Source of the DNA: a virus
DNA: 64,000 nucleotides
IMG/VR virus record: IMGVR_UViG_3300003775_000074
Strand: one strand, 5' to 3'
Part shown: positions 57,618 to 64,000 of the stretch, piece by piece
Position numbering within the stretch: the first letter of the stretch is position 1
Layout of the letters: the number at the start of each line of letters is the position of its first letter
Notes under the pieces: generated by a model
The model's input: only the letters and a program-made list of their open reading frames with translations
Database searches by the model: none
What the model was told of the DNA's origin: nothing
Translations under genes and position numbers: made by a program

Positions 57618-58826
57618 ATGAACGTCCACGTCCGCACCGGATTCCGCAAACGCCCCTCCGACGCCGCGCGCTGGACGCGCTGCGCCGGCTCGTTGCGGCT
57701 GACGCGGGACTATCCGAACGAAAGCTCTGCGGCGGCCGATGAAGGCACGATGTGCCACGCCGTGCGCGAACAATGCCTGGAGTTCGGCTTCGACGCTTAC
57801 GACTTCATCGGCTTCAAGATGAAGATCAACGGCGTCGTGTGGGAATTCACCGACGATTTGGCCGATGCGGTTCAAGACGGCATTGATGAGATCCGCGAAT
57901 TCGCCGGCCAAATGTATGTCGAGCAGAAGGTCAACACCACCAAGTGGGTCGGCCATGACGAGAACGGGAAGCCTCAGAGTGGAACGCTCGACTGCCTCGT
58001 TGTCGGCAAAAAACTCTCGGTGCTCTCGGACCTCAAGGCCGGTGAAGGCGTGCCGGTCCAGGCGGTCGGAAACGATCAGCAAATTGTCTATCTGCTCGCG
58101 GCCTATGAGCAGATCATCAAGCACATCGCGCCCGAGTGTGAGACGTTCCTGATCATCATCGATCAGCCTCGCAATTCGGCTGGCGGCGGCTACTGGTACG
58201 TGACGCTCGCCGAGCTGCGCGAGCACGAGAAGCGCATTGTCGCGGCAGCTCAGGCCTGTGATGCGGACGATGCTGAACTGACGCCCGGCGAATATCAGTG
58301 CAAATGGTGCCCAGCCGCGAACGTGGCGGAGCGCCCCGGAGGCTGCCCTGCGCACGCGAAATGGCTGGCTGACGCCATTGACCTCGACTTCGGGGATCTG
58401 GATGAACCCGCCGAAACGTGGAAACCGCCAACCGTCGAATTTCTGACGCCCGAGCGGTTGATCCGCATCTCAGAGCTGAAGCCTCATATCGAAAAAATGC
58501 TGGAATACTGCCACGCGCAGGCGCTGCAGCATGTGCTTGATCACGGCCCGACTGCCGGCAAGAAGGCTGTCGCGGGACGCCGCGGCAAGCGCAATTGGGC
58601 CAACCCGCAGGCTGCGGAGGCCTTCCTTTCGCAGAAGCTGCCGTCTGCCGACCCCTTCAACAAGAAGCTGAAATCCCCGGCCCAGGCTGAGAAGGAAGTC
58701 GGCAAGAAGTACGAAATTCCTACGGCTCTTGTCGAACAGAGCCAGCCGAAACCCATCCTGGTTCCGGTGGAGGATGCTCGACCCGCGATCAACGCGATCG
58801 AGGAAGAGTTCGACGAAATCGACTGA
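57618..58826 (+). CDS. DUF2800 PD-(D/E)xK exonuclease (Cas4-like fold)
   Basis: PS.A.RW.RC.GS, A.EGT..H, GT.DC, DLK.G.G.PV, Q...Y and C.WC motifs. Confidence 0.9.
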   Translation: MNVHVRTGFRKRPSDAARWTRCAGSLRLTRDYPNESSAAADEGTMCHAVREQCLEFGFDAYDFIGFKMKINGVVWEFTDDLADAVQDGIDEIREFAGQMYVEQKVNTTKWVGHDENGKPQSGTLDCLVVGKKLSVLSDLKAGEGVPVQAVGNDQQIVYLLAAYEQIIKHIAPECETFLIIIDQPRNSAGGGYWYVTLAELREHEKRIVAAAQACDADDAELTPGEYQCKWCPAANVAERPGGCPAHAKWLADAIDLDFGDLDEPAETWKPPTVEFLTPERLIRISELKPHIEKMLEYCHAQALQHVLDHGPTAGKKAVAGRRGKRNWANPQAAEAFLSQKLPSADPFNKKLKSPAQAEKEVGKKYEIPTALVEQSQPKPILVPVEDARPAINAIEEEFDEID

Positions 58827-58848
58827 AACGAGACTCTGGAGAACGACG

Positions 58849-59583
58849 ATGGCTGAGGCCAAAAAGGACGAAATCGGAATCATCATGCTCAAGGCGGTTC
58901 GGCTGTCTTTTGCCGACACCCTCTTTGTCGCCGAGGCCGGCGACCGCAGGAAGAAGGGAAAGCACGCTGGTAAGATCCCCTTCCGCAACAGCATCAACCT
59001 TCTGCTGCCCGACAAGGACAGTGCTGAAGGCAAGGCTATGGAGAAGGCGATCAAGGCCAAAATGGTCGAGGCGCGCGATGCTCAGTGGCCGACCGACCCG
59101 CCCAAGATCAAGGGTGAGAAGCTGGCGATGCGCGACGGCGACGAGGAGGAATGGGCCGGTTATGCCGGGCGCTACTACGTCTCGGCCAGCCGCACGAGCT
59201 ATGGGCCGAAGGATGGGGAGGAGTCGCAGCGCCCGAAGCGCCCGTTCCGCATCATCGGCCCCCGCAAGGTCAGGCAGTCGGATGGCGCCATGCGCTTCCC
59301 CGACGTCGAGGAGGGTGAGCGCGACGCCCCGTATTCCGGCTGCTACGTCAACGCCAAGGTGCGCTTTTGGGCGCAGGACGACGAGGAGTACGGCAAGCGC
59401 ATCAACTGCTCGATCGAGGCCGTCCAGTTCGCCAAGGACGGCGAGGCGTTCGGTGGCGGCGCCCGCACCAATGTCGATGACGAGTTCGAGGACGAGGAAG
59501 GCGATGGCCTCGACGACGATGATCTCGATGTCGGCGGCGGATCGTCCAAGAAGGACGATGATGACGACGGTCTCGGCATCTGA
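58849..59583 (+). CDS. DUF2815 single-stranded DNA-binding protein
   Basis: VRLSF...F, LRDGD and YSGCYVNA.V.FWAQD.EYGKRINC...AVQF.KDGEAFGG motifs; acidic tail ending GLGI. Confidence 0.92.
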   Translation: MAEAKKDEIGIIMLKAVRLSFADTLFVAEAGDRRKKGKHAGKIPFRNSINLLLPDKDSAEGKAMEKAIKAKMVEARDAQWPTDPPKIKGEKLAMRDGDEEEWAGYAGRYYVSASRTSYGPKDGEESQRPKRPFRIIGPRKVRQSDGAMRFPDVEEGERDAPYSGCYVNAKVRFWAQDDEEYGKRINCSIEAVQFAKDGEAFGGGARTNVDDEFEDEEGDGLDDDDLDVGGGSSKKDDDDDGLGI

Positions 59584-59603
59584 TCGCTGATCCCTGACGC
59601 CAG

Positions 59604-59632
59604 TATCCCGACGCCATAAGTGCGTCGGGATA
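59604..59632 (+). terminator. Hairpin between ssb and pol, abutting the palindrome at 59634
   Basis: TATCCCGACGC-cataagt-GCGTCGGGATA. Confidence 0.6.
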
Positions 59633-59715
59633 TTCAACATAATGTTGCTTGTTCCGTCGCTTCCGTGGCGACGGCTTTCCACATGGGCGAACCTGGATTT
59701 CGCCGAGGAGGCCTT

Positions 59716-61788
59716 ATGGCGACGCTCTTTGTCGACGTCGAATGCTATCGCAATTTCTTCTACATCGGCATCAAGCGTCTCGAAGACGGGCGTCGCGTTG
59801 GCTTTGAATTCAGCAAGCGAACTGATCTTACGGGTGGTTTCGACCGCGGTCGCATCCGGCAGATCATGAAGAACAACCTCTCGATCGGCTTCAACAGCCT
59901 GCCATACGACGTGCCGATGATATTCCTGGCCTTGAGCGGTGCCAGCAATGACGACCTCAAGATCGCGAGCGATCGGATCATCAAGGGCGGGCTCCGGTGG
60001 TGGGAAGTCGAAGAAGCGCTCGACATCAAGATTCCGAAGCTCAACCACATCGATCTGTTCGAGCCCAATCCCGCGGTGAAGGACGGCCTCAAGACGCTCA
60101 ATGGTCGGCTGCACGGGAAGCGCTTGCAGGATCTGCCGTATGACGAGGCGACCATCCTGTCGCCCGAGCAGATGGACATCGTCGCCGATTATTGCCTGAC
60201 GAGCGATCTCGACGCGACCGAGAACCTGTTCAACGCTCTCGCCGAGCCGCTGGAGCTTCGTGAAGCGCTCGGTCGGCAGTACGGCATGGATTTCCGCTCG
60301 AAATCCGATGCGCAGATGGGTGAAGCCATTATCAAGAAGCGCGTCGAGACGATCACCAAGCAGCGCGCCGAAAGGCCCAGGAACATCGGTGGCACGAGCT
60401 TCCGCTACCAGGTGCCCGAGTTCTTCGAATTTCAGAGCCCACAAATGCGGGAGATCGTCGACACGATCCGTAAGACCGATCTGCATATTGATCGCAACGG
60501 CAAGGTCGAATTTCCGAAGGCATTCGACGACTTCAACATCACGATCGGATCGTCGACCTATCGAATGGGAATCGGCGGCCTGCATTCGACCGAGAGCTGT
60601 CGCGCCGTCCACTCCGATGACGACTATGTCCTGGTCGACGCTGACGTGGCCAGCCAATACCCGCGCATCATCATGAAGCTGGGGCTCTATCCGAAATCGC
60701 TCGGGCCATCGTTCCTGCCTGTCTACGGCAGCCTCATCGACGATCGCGTCAAGGCCAAGCATCAGGCCAAGCTGATCAACGACCAGCTCGCGCCGCTGCG
60801 TGCTCTCGATCCCGCAGCCCTCGTCGCCGCACAGGATCGCATTGCTGCGCTCGAAGCTGAGAAGCGCCAGGCGCTCGCACGCGACAAAGGTGGCAAGATC
60901 GCGCTCAATGGCGCCTACGGGAAGCTCGGCAGCATCTACAGCGTGCTTTACGCTCCGCACCTGATGATCGCCGTCACCCTCACCGGACAGCTCTCCTTGC
61001 TGATGCTGATCGAGCGGGCCGAGGCAGCCAGCATCTCCGTCGTTTCGGGCAACACCGATGGCGTGGTGTTCCGCTGCCCGCGCTCGATGTTCGAGGGTAT
61101 CGGTAAGGAAGGGCCTGACAAGGATCGCCTCCTCGGTGGCAAGCTCAAGGAGATCACCGACTGGTGGGAGCAGAAGACCGGTTTCGAGCTGGAATTCGCC
61201 GAGTACCGCTCGATCTACAACCGCGACGTCAACACCTACTTCGCGATCAAGGCGAACGGGAAGGCGAAGCGGAAGGGGGCCATCGCCAATCACTGGCATC
61301 CCGAGTCGCCGGACTATGATCCCGGCCGCGAGCAGATGAAGAAGAACCCGCAGATGACGATTTGCGGTGATGCGGTCCTAGCCTTCCTCAAGGACGGTAC
61401 GCCTATCGAGGAGACGATCCGCGGCAACACCGACATCAGGGGCTTCGTGACCGTCGTGAAGGCCACGGGAGGCGGCACCTGGCGGGATCACTATCTCGGC
61501 AAGGTGGTGCGCTACTACTGGTCGACGGACGGCGATCCGATCATCAAGGTCAAGGGGCATCCGAAGACCGGCAATCGCCCCAAGGTCTCGAAGACAGATG
61601 GGTGTAAGCCGGCGATGACCTTGCCCGACGAGATGCCAACCGATCTCGATTATGCGCGCTACATCGCCGAGGCCTACGACATCCTCAGAGCGGTTGGATA
61701 CGAGGTGCCAGCTACCGCGCCGTCAGCCTATCAGCAACTCCTCGAAGACGTCTTTGTCGGGAAGCGGATTATTGGCAGTCTTTCATAA
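59716..61788 (+). CDS. DNA polymerase, family B type, with 3'-5' exonuclease
   Basis: Exonuclease DVEC and FN..YD motifs; polymerase DV.SQYP, K..LNG.YGK and NTDG motifs; RBS GAGGAGG. Confidence 0.92.
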   Translation: MATLFVDVECYRNFFYIGIKRLEDGRRVGFEFSKRTDLTGGFDRGRIRQIMKNNLSIGFNSLPYDVPMIFLALSGASNDDLKIASDRIIKGGLRWWEVEEALDIKIPKLNHIDLFEPNPAVKDGLKTLNGRLHGKRLQDLPYDEATILSPEQMDIVADYCLTSDLDATENLFNALAEPLELREALGRQYGMDFRSKSDAQMGEAIIKKRVETITKQRAERPRNIGGTSFRYQVPEFFEFQSPQMREIVDTIRKTDLHIDRNGKVEFPKAFDDFNITIGSSTYRMGIGGLHSTESCRAVHSDDDYVLVDADVASQYPRIIMKLGLYPKSLGPSFLPVYGSLIDDRVKAKHQAKLINDQLAPLRALDPAALVAAQDRIAALEAEKRQALARDKGGKIALNGAYGKLGSIYSVLYAPHLMIAVTLTGQLSLLMLIERAEAASISVVSGNTDGVVFRCPRSMFEGIGKEGPDKDRLLGGKLKEITDWWEQKTGFELEFAEYRSIYNRDVNTYFAIKANGKAKRKGAIANHWHPESPDYDPGREQMKKNPQMTICGDAVLAFLKDGTPIEETIRGNTDIRGFVTVVKATGGGTWRDHYLGKVVRYYWSTDGDPIIKVKGHPKTGNRPKVSKTDGCKPAMTLPDEMPTDLDYARYIAEAYDILRAVGYEVPATAPSAYQQLLEDVFVGKRIIGSLS

Positions 61789-61824
61789 CTTGATAATCAA
61801 CATAGAGTTGATTAAATTATCGCC

Positions 61825-61923
61825 ATGTTCGACGATCCGCTAGGTCTCATTCTACCCTCCATCGTGGCCGTCACGTATATCGCGTGGGGAGCGCATTGGC
61901 TGCTGGGCAGAGTCAAAAAGTGA
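61825..61923 (+). CDS. 32-aa single-TM peptide, not in ORF track
   Basis: MFDDPLGLILPSIVAVTYIAWGAHWLLGRVKK; its stop overlaps the GTG of the next gene (GTGA); starts 13 nt after a palindrome. Confidence 0.45.
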   Translation: MFDDPLGLILPSIVAVTYIAWGAHWLLGRVKK

Positions 61924-62660
61924 GGTTTTTTGTCGGGTTACATCAGCCGTCTGATGCGGCGCATTTCAATCACGCCTTCATTTCAGTAAATCGCATTCGG
62001 AAGCGCATAAAGCCAATTGCAGCAAAATCGTGGATAATGGATAGCGGTGCGTTTACGACTATCTTGACACATGGCGGATATCCTGAAGGCGTCGAATTCT
62101 ATGCTGACCAAATAAAGCGGTGGTCAACTCATGGAAATTTACTCGCCGCTGTGGCACAAGACTACATGTGCGAGGCGCATATGCTGGCGCTCACAGGCAA
62201 GACGATTGAGGAGCATCAGCGCCTGACAATCGAGCGTTACGACGCTTTAATCACTTGCGACACTGGTGGCGTGTACATCATGCCAGTTCTGCAAGGGTAT
62301 TCGCCTGTTGACTACGTGCGCCATATCGAAATGTACGGTGATCGGCTGGCTCATGGCGCTTGGGTCGGTGTCGGAAGTGTCTGTAAACGGAATGGCGATC
62401 CATCGGCGATCGAAGAGGTGCTCACCGCGATTAAGACTGCCCGGCCTGATCTACTCTTACATGGCTTCGGTCTGAAAACGACCGCGCTGGCGTCAGATAT
62501 TGTTCGAAATCTTTTATGGACGGCCGACTCAATGGCTTGGTCATTTGCTGCGCGCAAACAAGGGCGAAACGCTAACGATTGGCGGGAAGCAAAACGGTGG
62601 GAAATGAAAATACTCCGGGTGTCTCCTTTCGAGTTGATAATCAACTCTATGTTGATTTAG
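61920..62660 (+). CDS. TGT-fold protein, putative deazaguanine DNA transglycosylase (DpdA-like)
   Basis: MDSGAF, QDY.C, PVLQG, HGFG and ADSMAW occur in the order of the TGT barrel motifs. Confidence 0.7.
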   Translation: MRFFVGLHQPSDAAHFNHAFISVNRIRKRIKPIAAKSWIMDSGAFTTILTHGGYPEGVEFYADQIKRWSTHGNLLAAVAQDYMCEAHMLALTGKTIEEHQRLTIERYDALITCDTGGVYIMPVLQGYSPVDYVRHIEMYGDRLAHGAWVGVGSVCKRNGDPSAIEEVLTAIKTARPDLLLHGFGLKTTALASDIVRNLLWTADSMAWSFAARKQGRNANDWREAKRWEMKILRVSPFELIINSMLI

Positions 62661-62668
62661 AGTGACGT

Positions 62669-63841
62669 ATGACCGCTTGGTACAACGAGATCGACCCGTT
62701 CGCTGCCGCATGGTTGCGCGAGCTTATAGCCGAAGGCCATATCGCGCCCGGCGTTGTCGACGAACGGAGCATTCTGGATGTTCGACCTTCTGACCTCCGA
62801 GGTTTCACCCAATGCCATTTCTTCGCCGGCATCGGTGTTTGGAGCTACGCTGCCCGCCTCGCTGGCTGGCCTGACGACCGCCCTCTCTGGACCGGAAGCT
62901 GCCCGTGCCAACCTTTCTCCTCGGCAGGCCAAGGCGGCGGGTTTGATGACGAGCGGCACCTATGGCCATTCTGGCACTATCTCATCGAGATCGAGCGCCC
63001 TTCAGTCGTCTTTGGCGAGCAGGTTGCGAGTAAAGACGGACTTGCTTGGCTCGACCTTGTTCAAGCTGACATGGAAGGAACGCGTTACGCCGCAGGGGCT
63101 CTCGATACCTGCTCTGCGGGGAGTGGCGCGCCGCACATCCGCCAACGCCTCCGCTTTGCCGCAACAGAGCTGGAATACGCCTCGGGCAACGAATGGCTCG
63201 AAAGGTGGACCAAATCAGGCGAATGGCGCCCTCTCGGCGGATGTCGCGCTGACGAGTTGGGTCACCACCACCACCAGGGACTGGAAGGATTCGGGCGCGG
63301 ACATCAAACCGAGATCGGACGGATCGGAGCGGCTGGATCAACTTCCTCGACAGGCGAACTTGGCAGGATGGCCATCGCCGAAGAAGGCAGACGATCAGGG
63401 AGGAGCGGACACGCGACGGGACAATGGGCGGCCGAATTCGGACTTGGTGACGATGGGCGCTTTAACCGGCTGGCCCACGACGACGACGACGGATGCGCTG
63501 CGTCATCCGGACCGGGAATTCACGACGCCGAACATCACGCTCAATCACGCGGCTTTGCGGGCAGATGGGCCGGCCCGACTAACGGCCTCTGGCGAGATGT
63601 TGACTGGCTTTTCTGCCGGGATGGAAAGTGGCGGCCAGTTGAACCCGGCACATTCCCGCTGGCTCATGGGGCTGCCGCCCGCGTGGGACGTCTGCGCGGT
63701 TATGGCAATGCAGTCGATGCCGAAGCGACGCGCGTCTTCATCGAAGCGTTCCTCGAAGCCGAGGCGGCAAGTTTCCAGCCCCTACGCCAGATTGATTCAG
63801 TCGCTGCTGACGTGACCCCGTTCGCAGAACTCCTCGGGTGA
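62669..63841 (+). CDS. C5 cytosine DNA methyltransferase, alpha polypeptide
   Basis: FFAGIG, GSCPCQPFS, EQV, HIRQRL and final RLRGYGNAV motifs; motif IX is absent from this frame. Confidence 0.9.
   Translation: MTAWYNEIDPFAAAWLRELIAEGHIAPGVVDERSILDVRPSDLRGFTQCHFFAGIGVWSYAARLAGWPDDRPLWTGSCPCQPFSSAGQGGGFDDERHLWPFWHYLIEIERPSVVFGEQVASKDGLAWLDLVQADMEGTRYAAGALDTCSAGSGAPHIRQRLRFAATELEYASGNEWLERWTKSGEWRPLGGCRADELGHHHHQGLEGFGRGHQTEIGRIGAAGSTSSTGELGRMAIAEEGRRSGRSGHATGQWAAEFGLGDDGRFNRLAHDDDDGCAASSGPGIHDAEHHAQSRGFAGRWAGPTNGLWRDVDWLFCRDGKWRPVEPGTFPLAHGAAARVGRLRGYGNAVDAEATRVFIEAFLEAEAASFQPLRQIDSVAADVTPFAELLG
62946..63815 (+). CDS. Overlapping alternative-frame beta polypeptide of the C5 methyltransferase
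   Basis: The +1 frame carries four W-[PNV]-[TS]-[PT] repeats and GQLNPAHSRWLMGLP..W (motif IX-like). Start uncertain (frame open from 62754). Confidence 0.75.
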   Translation: MTSGTYGHSGTISSRSSALQSSLASRLRVKTDLLGSTLFKLTWKERVTPQGLSIPALRGVARRTSANASALPQQSWNTPRATNGSKGGPNQANGALSADVALTSWVTTTTRDWKDSGADIKPRSDGSERLDQLPRQANLAGWPSPKKADDQGGADTRRDNGRPNSDLVTMGALTGWPTTTTTDALRHPDREFTTPNITLNHAALRADGPARLTASGEMLTGFSAGMESGGQLNPAHSRWLMGLPPAWDVCAVMAMQSMPKRRASSSKRSSKPRRQVSSPYARLIQSLLT

Positions 63842-63847
63842 CGGCGC

Positions 63848-64000
63848 ATGGCTGAGATCGCCGCCGTCCAGAACCCTGTAACCGAATATGCGCGCCGCCG
63901 CGGCTGGCTAGTGCGCCGAGTGACATTCCTCGGCCGCCGCGGCTGTCCCGACTCCTGGTGCTTCCGCAATGGGCGCGTGAAGATCATCGAGTTCAAGGAC
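63848..64000 (+). CDS. VRR-NUC nuclease (3' truncated)
   Basis: A...GW.V and G.PD......G....IEFK motifs. Confidence 0.85.
   Translation, partial: MAEIAAVQNPVTEYARRRGWLVRRVTFLGRRGCPDSWCFRNGRVKIIEFKD

Noticed and set aside
57618-58826. Cas4-like nuclease as a CRISPR component
   Set aside because: It is in the standard DUF2800-DUF2815-polymerase replication context.
58789-61299. 836-aa minus-strand ORF and other long antisense ORFs (7219..8430, 13574..14440, 16807..18024, 18733..19851, 24455..25312)
   Set aside because: They are shadows of strongly codon-biased high-GC genes on the opposite strand, with no motifs or RBS.

Overview
The window is one temperate siphovirus of a high-GC alphaproteobacterial host (probably Hyphomicrobiales; inferred from a GapR homologue, alpha-type LexA boxes and NrdJ). 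It is most likely a near-complete prophage entered inside its P4-type integrase gene, and no host genes are visible. The gene order resembles Chi/Nazgul-type cos phages. Left to right it carries: integrase, displaced spanin pair and AlpA; a leftward virion-appendage block; lambda-like terminase, portal, S49 protease, decoration and capsid genes; a tail module with a -1 frameshift; an endolysin, a second tail-tube paralogue, fibres and holin-like genes; a long leftward accessory and nucleotide-metabolism block; a lambda-like cos with repeats at about 50.3 kb; tRNA-Arg(UCU); primase-helicase and a Cro-like regulator; and the exonuclease, SSB, family-B polymerase, TGT-like, C5-methyltransferase and VRR-NUC operon. 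The most unusual signals are: (1) about 30 copies of a 15-bp palindrome TCAAC-N5-GTTGA upstream of early and late genes alike; (2) a terminal peptide [FY]-x-[DE]-L-L-G on at least 9 unrelated proteins, with a second DDGLG[VI] tail on 3 more; (3) an orphan TGT/DpdA-like gene beside a C5 methyltransferase split over two overlapping frames; (4) host-LexA-boxed small genes; (5) a CTAG-enriched segment next to cos. All calls come from reading motifs by eye; no database search was run.
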